NCBI GenBank assembly: GCA_964632315.1
Contig: CAZWEM010000078.1
Location: 1-12,455, forward strand
Direction of reading: 5' to 3'
DNA from: an uncultured archaeon
GTDB lineage: Archaea; Asgardarchaeota; Lokiarchaeia; Sigyniarchaeales; SOKP01
DNA: 12,455 nt
Part shown: piece after piece, positions 1 to 7,604 of the stretch
Position numbering within the stretch: the first letter of the stretch is position 1
Layout: each line of letters opens with the position of its first letter
Made by a program: the position numbers and the translations under genes
The notes under the pieces: model-generated
The model's database searches: none
What the model was told of the DNA's origin: nothing
What the model saw: only the letters and a program-made list of their open reading frames with translations

Positions 1-483
1 CTTGTCTGACATCGTGACTGCCGAAGCGACCGCTTCAAGTATTCTCCCGATATCTCCGCCGGCCCTTTCAGCCTGCCCTATCAATGTCAACGCCCTTGAA
101 ACGGTGGCATTTTTCACGTCATCCGAAAAGGTCTGGAGCGCGTATTTGAGCGGAATTCCGAGAGAGATCTGGTTGGCGAGTTTCTGGACGTGGATTGTGA
201 GCGCGCCGTAAGGCTTGTCTTTTGAATTGACTATGCTCTTGTTTATCGGCGTTCCGCTTTTTACGCTTTCAACAAGGTCTCTCGCGAATTCGAGGAACAT
301 CTCTTCTTTTTCGGCTTCGGTCTTGTTTTGTTTTATTACCGCCAATACAAAAGGCGTCGCCATAAAAATTATTCCTATCCCCATGATCAGGAAGAAGAAC
401 CTCGTGTGCATCAATAGTAAAGACACGGCTATAAGAACCGTCCCGGAGATTATCCCGAATATGTGAAGCTTGCTTAATTTCAT
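1..483 (-). CDS. Type II secretion system F / TadC-PilC-like pilus platform protein (3' end runs off the window)
   Basis: Absent from the ORF track. Manual translation from ATG at 483 is open to position 1: MKLSKLHIFGIISGTVLIAVSLLL...EKEEMFLEFARDLVESVKSGTPINKSI...YGALTIHVQKLANQISLGIPLKYALQTFSDDVKNATVSRALTLIGQAERAGGDIGRILEAVA. Two N-terminal TM segments plus a typical T2SSF domain; ATGA overlap with the upstream gene at 480-483. Confidence 0.9.
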   Translation of the reverse strand, partial: MKLSKLHIFGIISGTVLIAVSLLLMHTRFFFLIMGIGIIFMATPFVLAVIKQNKTEAEKEEMFLEFARDLVESVKSGTPINKSIVNSKDKPYGALTIHVQKLANQISLGIPLKYALQTFSDDVKNATVSRALTLIGQAERAGGDIGRILEAVASAVTMSDK

Positions 484-1784
484 TGTGTCGGTTGCCTGAA
501 TCTAAGGAACATCAGGAATACGAAATTTATTACCGCAACTCCCATTACCATCGCGAGCGAAATCAGCGTCGGGCTAAGGGAAATCCCAAGGCCGCTGATC
601 TGGATCATGACAAGCAAGAGCATGAGGATCATCGGAGCAGCTATCACTATGCTTATGTAAATGTCTATGAAAGTTTCCGAACTTCTTGTGGATCTTTCTC
701 TCTGAAGCCTGTAATCTAGAAGAAGGGTTTGCGATCTCTTCTCGAAGAACTCCGCGAGATCTCCTCCGGAAGTTATGTTCGTGGCAAGCCCGTTGTAAAG
801 GTCGGAGAGCTTCTTGCTTGGAGAACTGAAAGCCGCGTTCCGCAATGCCGTGACGAGGTCGTGGCCGTAGACGTTTATCTCATTAAGGACTTTCGTGAAT
901 TGCGTCTTGAGGCTAGGGTACTGGCCGGTGGAAATTATGATCCCGAAGATATTCGTTGGCTCGATCCTCGAACCTGCTATAGCAGACATGTTTATCGTGG
1001 CGAACGGCAATTCCTGGTCTATTCCAGCCTCAAGAGATTTCCGTTCCATGCGCGGGTAAAAATAAGCGAACAGGAATGTTCCGCCGGGAATAACAAAAAG
1101 TATCCAGAACGTTTCGATGAATCGCGAAGCCAGATTGGTGGCGGGAACAAGGAAGGGGGGAGCCGGGCTGATATTGAAGAACAGCGCCACTATGAAGACA
1201 AGAACGGCTATCCCTATCGCTATCAGCGTCGAGAAAAGAATCATGGAGATATAAACTGTTGGGATGAGCTGCATGTTCGTTTTCAGGAGATCTCTCACGA
1301 CGCCGCTGAAACTCTTTCCCGAGACGAGCGCTCTCGAAATATCGGAAAAGACCCTGCTTGAGATTCCCGCAAAAACGTTCGGCTTCCTCTCCTTTTCCTG
1401 AACTTTTTCCTTCTTTTTTTCGTCCAGCCTTTTCACTATGGCTTTTTCCAAATCGGAGATGTCGAGCTTCCGGAGTTTTCTTCTGTCTTCCATTTTCTCG
1501 AGGAAGCTTCTTTTCTTCTCTTTGGTTTTTTCTTTCTCCGATACCTGCGCGGGACTATGGGCGCTCAGCATTTTTTTCAGGAAGATTTTCTTCGCCAGGC
1601 CGGGGATTTTTTCGTTCTCCTGTTTTAGGTAAAACTTCAGGTAATTTATCTGGGACCTCACGTTGACATCCGTTCCCGTCTTTCCGAAATTCCGCAGGAA
1701 GGTTTCCATCTCGCCGATTATTTTTTTCTCTTTTGAAATTGTTTTCTTAAGCTCAATAAAATTGTCTTTGGTTTGTTTTATCAT
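480..1784 (-). CDS. Type II secretion system F / TadC-like pilus platform membrane protein with a long basic N-terminal extension
   Basis: 434 aa. T2SSF pattern IDQELPFA...GQYPSL...YGHDLVTALRNAAFSSPSKKLSDLYNGLATNITSGGDLAEFF; several TM helices; Lys-rich N-terminal region of about 130 aa; lies downstream of the secretion ATPase. Confidence 0.9.
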   Translation of the reverse strand: MIKQTKDNFIELKKTISKEKKIIGEMETFLRNFGKTGTDVNVRSQINYLKFYLKQENEKIPGLAKKIFLKKMLSAHSPAQVSEKEKTKEKKRSFLEKMEDRRKLRKLDISDLEKAIVKRLDEKKKEKVQEKERKPNVFAGISSRVFSDISRALVSGKSFSGVVRDLLKTNMQLIPTVYISMILFSTLIAIGIAVLVFIVALFFNISPAPPFLVPATNLASRFIETFWILFVIPGGTFLFAYFYPRMERKSLEAGIDQELPFATINMSAIAGSRIEPTNIFGIIISTGQYPSLKTQFTKVLNEINVYGHDLVTALRNAAFSSPSKKLSDLYNGLATNITSGGDLAEFFEKRSQTLLLDYRLQRERSTRSSETFIDIYISIVIAAPMILMLLLVMIQISGLGISLSPTLISLAMVMGVAVINFVFLMFLRFRQPTQ

Positions 1785-1978
1785 TCGGCTATCTCCGATA
1801 TTTTTCCCGCCACGTCCAGCATGAATTTCTTTGCCTTGTTCAGGTTTTCCGCATCCTCATTTTTGTAGAATTCTTCTATCCTTTGCTCTGATTCGTCCAG
1901 CGCATCGACAAGCTGTTTGAGAAGCGTTACATCCTCATCTATATCGCCGCGAGCGTTTTTTGGAACCTCTTTTTCCAT
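1781..1978 (-). CDS. Small acidic helical (coiled-coil-like) hypothetical protein, 65 aa
   Basis: ATG at 1978 preferred over TTG at 1981; ATGA overlap with the TadC-like gene at 1781-1784; TATA-like TTTAATAA at 2000-2007; amphipathic heptad pattern. Confidence 0.75.
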   Translation of the reverse strand: MEKEVPKNARGDIDEDVTLLKQLVDALDESEQRIEEFYKNEDAENLNKAKKFMLDVAGKISEIAE

Positions 1979-1999
1979 CAATAAAAAAAACCAACTGCT

Positions 2000-2007
2000 T
2001 TATTAAA
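2000..2007 (-). promoter_or_regulatory. Putative archaeal TATA box for the small-protein/TadC/TadC unit
   Basis: TTTAATAA on minus, ending 22 nt upstream of ATG 1978 (leaderless geometry). Confidence 0.5.
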
Positions 2008-2014
2008 CATTTTG

Positions 2015-3577
2015 CTAAATGTTTATTCCGAATTCTTTCAGGACATCCATCGGCCTTTTGTAATATTCGTTGACCACCTGCTGGATTCTCTTGAATCCTG
2101 AGATTTTCTGCCTATACAACTCGTAGATCAATTGGGTCCTCCTCCTGAATTCAAGTTCTATTTCCTGTAGGCTCAACCCATATCTTGTCGCGATTTTTTC
2201 GAACACTTTGCTGTTCCTTTTGAAATAGAATCCGTCGTCGCTGGGATTCCACACGAAAGGCGTGTTGGTATATGCGGTTCCCTCCGGAGAAACTTCTAGC
2301 AGTTCTACTATCTCCCTTAATCTCCTTGTCTCTTCCTTGTTTACTATGGCGTGAGTCATAATACAGACACAGTCCAACACATTAAGTAGCGTCGGCGGAA
2401 GCTCGATTGGCGGGGTTTCCAGTCTTTTGATAACTGATTCTACCGAGTCCGAGTGGATGGTGCTTATCGAAGAGTGCCCTGATGCCATTCCCTGAAACAG
2501 GACAAAAGCCTCTTTTCCTCTGACTTCTCCCACTATCACATAATCGGGATTCTGCCTGAAAGAGCTCCTCAACAGGTCGAATAAACTCACGGCTCCGATA
2601 CCTTTTATTCCTGACGACGAACGCGAAACGCTCGGAAGCCAGTTCTCCCTTGGCAGGTTCAACTCGCGTGTGTCTTCAATCGAAACAACCCTGTCTTCCG
2701 GCGGGATGAAGAACGCGATAGCATTCAGCAGCGTGGTTTTTCCGGACGATGTTCCTCCGACTATGAGGATGTTCATCTTGTACTGGATAAGCAACCAAAG
2801 GTAAGCGATCATCTCAGGGCTTAGCGTGTTGAAGTTTACCAGCTGCGGAGGGGTCCATGGCTCTTTTGTGAATTTTCTTATCGTGAACGTCGGGCCTCTT
2901 GAAGTGATGTCTTTAGTGTATGTGGCGTTGACACGCGAACCATCCGGCAAAGTCCCGTCAAGGATGGGATTGGCGTAAGAGATATACTGCCCCGATCTTT
3001 GCGCGAGTTTTTCGACGAACCCTTCCAGCAGGTTTATGTCCTTGAAGACGACGTTAGTTCTCATGTTCCTGTAAAGTCGATGGACGATATAAACCGGAGT
3101 GTCCGCGCCGTTGTTCTCGATATCTTCAATGAAGTAATCTCTCAACAGCGGCTCGGCTTCATTGAATCCTATAAAATCCCTGCAAAGGTAATAATAGATT
3201 TTCTGATAACTTTCATAAGACATTTCCATGCCCAGTTCAACTGCAAGGAACTTGAACCTTTTGTCGATATAATCCAAAAGCCCGTCAAGGTCTTTGTCCA
3301 CGACAATATCAAAGTTTATCATTTCTCTTATTGCGTTTATTATTCTCTTTCGGTATCCGTCCTCTTTCGCATTCAGGAGAGGCTCTTCCAGGTCATATAC
3401 CACTTCAAAACTTTTCGGGTCCCAGTAAATGTGAGCGAATGCAAACGGTGCGATAAGGCAGTATCTGACGTCAACTTTCGTCTTGTCCCTTATCCTTTGC
3501 ATGTGCGGAATTTGCGGAGTGAAATCAAGCTCCACTCTCTTGTAGTCTTGTATTCCTGCTTCTTTCTGCTCTGCCAT
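2015..3577 (-). CDS. Type II/IV secretion system ATPase (PilB/FlaI/TadA family), pilus assembly ATPase
   Basis: Walker A GGTSSGKTT, Asp box SIEDTREL, Walker B region RQNPDYVIVGEVRG, His box GHSSISTIH, LPDGSRVNAT motif; TAATG overlap with the upstream gene at 3575-3579. Confidence 0.95.
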   Translation of the reverse strand: MAEQKEAGIQDYKRVELDFTPQIPHMQRIRDKTKVDVRYCLIAPFAFAHIYWDPKSFEVVYDLEEPLLNAKEDGYRKRIINAIREMINFDIVVDKDLDGLLDYIDKRFKFLAVELGMEMSYESYQKIYYYLCRDFIGFNEAEPLLRDYFIEDIENNGADTPVYIVHRLYRNMRTNVVFKDINLLEGFVEKLAQRSGQYISYANPILDGTLPDGSRVNATYTKDITSRGPTFTIRKFTKEPWTPPQLVNFNTLSPEMIAYLWLLIQYKMNILIVGGTSSGKTTLLNAIAFFIPPEDRVVSIEDTRELNLPRENWLPSVSRSSSGIKGIGAVSLFDLLRSSFRQNPDYVIVGEVRGKEAFVLFQGMASGHSSISTIHSDSVESVIKRLETPPIELPPTLLNVLDCVCIMTHAIVNKEETRRLREIVELLEVSPEGTAYTNTPFVWNPSDDGFYFKRNSKVFEKIATRYGLSLQEIELEFRRRTQLIYELYRQKISGFKRIQQVVNEYYKRPMDVLKEFGINI

Positions 3578-4149
3578 TATCCAAGTTCAAAATCCATGTT
3601 AGGATTTGTTCCTCCGTTGTTTCCTTTGTTTGAGATAAAAAGGGTGTAAGGCGTCGATGCTGCGGTTATGGTTTTCATTGCGTCTTTGCCTTTGTAAGTG
3701 ATGTTATATTTGCCGGAATAATTCAAGGTCATGTTGGTGATGCTAAGGTCATTCAGCGGCTCGGTATGCACAACAAGCGCCCCATAATCCACATCTTTCC
3801 CGTATTCGCTGAACTGGTAATGGCTGTTTATGTTGAAAACGATCCGGTCGTTGGCTCCGTCGATGTCGAGCGAGCCGGCTTTCATGTCCAGGTCAAGCCT
3901 TCTCTTGTTTCCGGACCCGCCTTCAGACAATGCAAGAACCACATTGTTTATGTTATTCAACATGGAAATCGATTGCTGCAGGACCAGCTTGTCCTGGATC
4001 TCCGTGATCCTCGGCCTGATAAAAGTCAGTATCAATCCTATCATGACAAGCGCAATGAGCGTGTAAATCACAGTCTCGACCCAAACCTGGCCCCTGCGCT
4101 TTTTCGGAAAAAAATTGTATAATTGACTTCCTTGACCTCTCTTTTTCAT
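3577..4149 (-). CDS. Class III signal peptide pilin-like protein (minor pilin type, Q+1/E+5)
   Basis: KKRRG|QVWVETVIYTLIALVMIGLILTFI, then a beta-rich domain with N-glycosylation sequons (NMT, NYS, NIT); TATA-like TTTAAATT about 20-25 nt upstream. Confidence 0.85.
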   Translation of the reverse strand: MKKRGQGSQLYNFFPKKRRGQVWVETVIYTLIALVMIGLILTFIRPRITEIQDKLVLQQSISMLNNINNVVLALSEGGSGNKRRLDLDMKAGSLDIDGANDRIVFNINSHYQFSEYGKDVDYGALVVHTEPLNDLSITNMTLNYSGKYNITYKGKDAMKTITAASTPYTLFISNKGNNGGTNPNMDFELG

Positions 4150-4185
4150 GGATTTCTTAATTGGAATTAATTTAAATAGTTAATG

Positions 4186-4707
4186 TTAAGCCAAGAGCCT
4201 GCAGTCGGAAAGCTCTGAGATGGAATCCGAAATCCCGCAATTGGAACCTGCTATCACCGGAGAAATGCTTATCGAGGTCGGAGCGTAAGATTCGGTCCAG
4301 TTGTAAACATAAGTGGCTCCGGAATTCTTGTTCGGCAGGGCAACAGCGTCTCCGAAATTGGTGCTGGACCCGTAAGGTTTCAGTTTTGCTATAGATGCCG
4401 AACTGTTTGTTAAGGTAATTGTTTTAGAACCGCCTTCACCTGTTATGGAGACGATTACCGAATCTAAACCTAGGTCTCCTCGCTGTATGGAAAACTGAAC
4501 ATATTCCGGAGAGGAAGCCCCATAGCAACTGTATTGCTGATTCAGCGTTATCTTGTCGAAGTTTCCGAAGCACGCGCCTGCCTGGCCGATTTGCCCGTTC
4601 ACCAAATTGCTCACGACAGTCCACACGACGGCAATCAAAGCTATGGAAAGTGCAACCAATATCAGAGTTACAATAACCGCGGACATCCCCCTTTTTTCTT
4701 TAATCAT
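4186..4707 (-). CDS. Archaeal type IV pilin (archaellin/pilin N-terminal domain)
   Basis: MIKEKRG|MSAVIVTLILVALSIALIAVVW: short basic leader, G at -1, long hydrophobic helix; four Cys. Confidence 0.88.
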   Translation of the reverse strand: MIKEKRGMSAVIVTLILVALSIALIAVVWTVVSNLVNGQIGQAGACFGNFDKITLNQQYSCYGASSPEYVQFSIQRGDLGLDSVIVSITGEGGSKTITLTNSSASIAKLKPYGSSTNFGDAVALPNKNSGATYVYNWTESYAPTSISISPVIAGSNCGISDSISELSDCRLLA

Positions 4708-4708
4708 A

Positions 4709-5185
4709 TTACAAAGTTACCTTATAGCCGTATTGTTCGCTGCAGGTGTACAATTTTACTTTTCCTCCGCTAACGCTTCCCCTTAAAACTGGAATGAGGA
4801 TTATGTCTGACGCCGACGAAGAACTCACGCCGGTCAGGGACCCCTGGAATGCATCTCCCTTATTCAATCCTGTAGACGGCCAGTCGCTTCCCGCGAGAGT
4901 TCCGATATCGCTCGTAGAGTATCCTCCTCCATCTTTATCGACTCTGACACTGAAACTATAGATAGGGATTCCATTGTTAGAAATTGAAAGTTGGCCTCCC
5001 ACGTATTGCGCGTCAAACTGAATCTGCCCGTTGCTGCAAAAGTTCTGGACATTCTGGCCGCCAAATTTTGTAATGGCTTCCTGCGTGAAACTCCTGAACC
5101 ATACGAAGACTACGACAGACAGCCCCACAACCAAAGCCACAAGAAGGATAGTTGCTATGACTGGCGATACTCCTCTTTTTTTCAT
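4709..5185 (-). CDS. Archaeal type IV pilin (Pilin_N/DUF1628-like N terminus)
   Basis: MKKRG|VSPVIATILLVALVVGLSVVVFVW. Start 5185 preferred over 5191 because TTTATAAA (5207-5214) ends 22 nt upstream. Confidence 0.9.
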   Translation of the reverse strand: MKKRGVSPVIATILLVALVVGLSVVVFVWFRSFTQEAITKFGGQNVQNFCSNGQIQFDAQYVGGQLSISNNGIPIYSFSVRVDKDGGGYSTSDIGTLAGSDWPSTGLNKGDAFQGSLTGVSSSSASDIILIPVLRGSVSGGKVKLYTCSEQYGYKVTL

Positions 5186-5206
5186 ATTCATTTTAATTTT
5201 GCATTA

Positions 5207-5214
5207 TTTATAAA
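5207..5214 (-). promoter_or_regulatory. Putative TATA box between pilin genes
   Basis: Consensus TTTATAAA in a roughly 30-nt intergenic gap, 22 nt upstream of ATG 5185. Confidence 0.6.
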
Positions 5215-5216
5215 TG

Positions 5217-5777
5217 TTAACTTGAACAGCTTACCTTTTCAGATATCTTGGCGCTGCTGCAGACGGAATATTTTAACTGGCCTTTGTAATTTACATACCT
5301 GACCGGAGTTATCTCTATGCGCGTAAGGTTCCCGTATTTTCCGTCGATCCCGTCGAGTTCATTGCTTGTTAAATAAGTTGGATTTCCGTTGCTGTCCTTG
5401 TCTCCCAACGGCCCTATTGCGTTGAGTCCCCGACTGATGTAAAGGACAGCGTTCGCTTCCACTGTTCCGGATCCGGAATAATACTTTGTAAGGTCTATTG
5501 TCGCGATGGTCTGCGCGGAATTGTTGGTTGCTTTCACAAGATAACCTGCGATGCTGAATGTTCCGCTGTTTTCTAAAGTGAAGTTGAGTTTATGGGCGGT
5601 GCAATTGTAATAATAATCCGGGACCGAAACGGAGACGCCGTCGGGGCAAGTCAACGCTTCTGAAGGGATGTAAGATTTCATCCATGTATAGACTCCGACG
5701 CTGATTGCTATGACTATGGCCACAAGCATTATGTACCCGACTATTGCGCTCACACCTCTTTTATTTTTTGACATCAT
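5217..5777 (-). CDS. Archaeal type IV pilin
   Basis: MMSKNKRG|VSAIVGYIMLVAIVIAISVGVYTWM. Start moved from 5849 to 5777 (or 5774), just after the upstream stop at 5779-5781; four Cys; sequons NCT, NFT, NNS, NLT. Confidence 0.88.
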   Translation of the reverse strand: MMSKNKRGVSAIVGYIMLVAIVIAISVGVYTWMKSYIPSEALTCPDGVSVSVPDYYYNCTAHKLNFTLENSGTFSIAGYLVKATNNSAQTIATIDLTKYYSGSGTVEANAVLYISRGLNAIGPLGDKDSNGNPTYLTSNELDGIDGKYGNLTRIEITPVRYVNYKGQLKYSVCSSAKISEKVSCSS

Positions 5778-5778
5778 T

Positions 5779-6315
5779 TTAACCTGATACTGTGTATTCT
5801 TGGCCGTTCGCGAAGGATGAAACCACAAGGTAAAAATTTTCACCTTCATTCACTGTAAAATTATAGTCTGTTTCATTTATTTTTATATCTATCCAATTTC
5901 CGCCGGGAGAGAACCCGCTTTGCATATATGTCTGTCCTGCGGTCATGCCAGCCACTTCCTCGTTATTGACAAGAACATTCTCGGCGTATGTTTGACGCGC
6001 GACTAGCGTAATGTTGTCTTTTGCTCCGAAGAGAAAATAAGAATTTCCGTCTGGGACTCCGTCTGCATAATAATCGGAGAGATTTATCAACATGCTGTTT
6101 ATCTCAGAGGTAGTGTTTGCGTTGTAAGTTCCGTAATTTATTATCGCGGAAGCTTCCGAAATTATTTCACTTTTCAGATCCATGATGTGCGGATTTTGGA
6201 CGTAAGAAACGCTGTTCGAGACCGCGATGAATCCGCCGAAAATCGCGAGGATAACCACTGCCGCGATAAGATAAAACTGGCCTCTTTTATTTCCTAAATT
6301 TATCAATCTCCTCAT
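5779..6315 (-). CDS. Class III signal peptide pilin-like protein (KRG|Q type)
   Basis: NKRG|QFYLIAAVVILAIFGGFIAV; many sequons (NTT, NLS, NIT, NET, NFT); ATG 6315 (GTG 6318 alternative); ATTAATAAA about 23 nt upstream. Confidence 0.82.
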   Translation of the reverse strand: MRRLINLGNKRGQFYLIAAVVILAIFGGFIAVSNSVSYVQNPHIMDLKSEIISEASAIINYGTYNANTTSEINSMLINLSDYYADGVPDGNSYFLFGAKDNITLVARQTYAENVLVNNEEVAGMTAGQTYMQSGFSPGGNWIDIKINETDYNFTVNEGENFYLVVSSFANGQEYTVSG

Positions 6316-6366
6316 CACTGAAAAAGTTTAAAGAGGTTTATTAATTTTTAGAATTCCTAAGGCTCT

Positions 6367-6630
6367 TTAAGCGGGAACATTAACGACAGAATTCGTGACG
6401 ACGCTGTTCACAGAACCCCAGACAATTCCCACAAGAACTATCGCTAAGACCCCAAGAACAATCGCGGCTATGCTCAATACAAGTCCTGCAACTGCCAAGC
6501 CATGCTTTTCAGATTTCAATCCAAGGGCGGAAAAAATGATTCCCGGAATGGCTGCAAATTGAATGAAAGGAATGAATGCAACAAGTCCGAGGACAAAACC
6601 TGCAATCGCAAATCCCTCTTTGTTTCCCAT
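6367..6630 (-). CDS. Small membrane protein, DUF4190-like
   Basis: AIAGFVLGLVA...GIIFSALGL...HGLAVAGLVLS pattern matches my recollection of DUF4190; TTTATAAA 22 nt upstream (6652-6659). Confidence 0.72.
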   Translation of the reverse strand: MGNKEGFAIAGFVLGLVAFIPFIQFAAIPGIIFSALGLKSEKHGLAVAGLVLSIAAIVLGVLAIVLVGIVWGSVNSVVTNSVVNVPA

Positions 6631-6724
6631 GAATAAATCAGGATTATAATGTTTATAAAATTATCAATTCCCTGTTGGGTTGCAAAAAAGAAAATACTAT
6701 AAAGATTAGCGGCCTCTTGACTGG

Positions 6725-7255
6725 ATGGTGGATGAGATTGTTTGGATTTATGGAAGCAGCGCTGTTGGTAAAGAAACTTTCATTAGATATCTTGCAAAAG
6801 AAAAGCCTCAAAGATTAATCAAAAGGCTTCATTGGGAAAACAAGAAATTGATTCCTATTTGGGAGAGTATAAATTACATTGCCCAGTATGATAATGATCC
6901 CCTAGGAGACAAAAGAGAAGAGATAATTGACAGTGTCTGTAATATCAAAGGTCCGGGAATCGCATTGATCAAGGGGCAGGATATTGATATTCTAGATAAA
7001 AGGGTCCAGAGGCTAAAGGAAAAATTGCCAAAATCCAATCACAGAATTATCTATCTTTACACTGATCTAAAGATTGTCTATGAACGATGCAAGAAAAAAT
7101 CTTGGTGGCCAAAAGAAGGCGTAGAATTCAAGGACTTCAAAGGTTGGACAAAATCTGAGATAGAACTTATCAACAGCTTAAATGGGTTTGACATAATCGC
7201 ATTGAACAATGAAAATAATCGGTTTAGAAAGATAAATTTTCCTCCGAAAATATAA
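6725..7255 (+). CDS. P-loop NTPase, nucleotide/small-molecule kinase-like hypothetical protein
   Basis: IVWIYGSSAVGKET (Walker A variant at the N terminus) and IIYLYTDLKIVYERCKKK, resembling the NMP-kinase strand plus lid helix; TATA-like CTATAAA at 6697-6703. Confidence 0.7.
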   Translation: MVDEIVWIYGSSAVGKETFIRYLAKEKPQRLIKRLHWENKKLIPIWESINYIAQYDNDPLGDKREEIIDSVCNIKGPGIALIKGQDIDILDKRVQRLKEKLPKSNHRIIYLYTDLKIVYERCKKKSWWPKEGVEFKDFKGWTKSEIELINSLNGFDIIALNNENNRFRKINFPPKI

Positions 7256-7260
7256 AATAG

Positions 7261-7521
7261 CGCAGACCCGGAGGGTTGCTCAAGTCTACACTGGAAATTA
7301 ACCGTTTCCTTTCTCGGCTCTGCGACCTGTCAAGCACCTCGACAAATGTTTAGGGCTGCTCCGATCAAGGCCTGACCCGTTTCGCATCTGCAAGATCGAG
7401 ACAGACAAAGCGTCAGCGTCCGGACGCGGGTTTCCCGCTTCAATTATCACTTCCCTCCTTGCAGCCTGCCATGAAGTCCGTTTGCAAACGGCGGAGGACT
7501 AACCCGCCAGCCTGGTCTACG
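7261..7521 (-). ncRNA. ffs: Signal recognition particle RNA (7S/large SRP RNA with Alu domain), about 261 nt
   Basis: On minus: helix-8 signature GGGUCAGGCC-UUGAUC-GGAGCAGCCC (7353-7378); terminal helix CGUAGACC/GGUCUGCG; GGAGGG/CCCUCC; Alu helices GGCGG/CCGCC and UUUGC/GCAGG with complementary loops AGUCC (7496-7500) and GGACU (7475-7479); TATA-like ATTAAAAA at 7543-7550. Confidence 0.88.
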
Positions 7522-7604
7522 AAAATACGACATAAATCGGGTTTTTTAATGTTGTGAATCTATATTTTCAGAAAAATTATAAACTTCCTTCGAGAATCTT
7601 TCCT

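Noticed and set aside
2-5302. Plus-strand ORFs (e.g. 729-1361, 2999-3649, 3766-4122) and nested minus ORFs 4436-4624 and 4864-5064
   Set aside because: Antisense or alternate-frame shadows of well-supported pilus genes, with no motifs or promoters.
1-6318. Archaellum operon
   Set aside because: No FlaH, FlaF or FlaG in the window, and two separate single-domain T2SSF genes rather than one FlaJ; an adhesive-type pilus fits better.
7261-7521. RNase P RNA or riboswitch as the identity of the GC-rich intergenic block
   Set aside because: No GAGGAAAGUCC or terminal AAGCCGGCU-type P4 motifs seen; SRP helix-8 and Alu signatures explain it.
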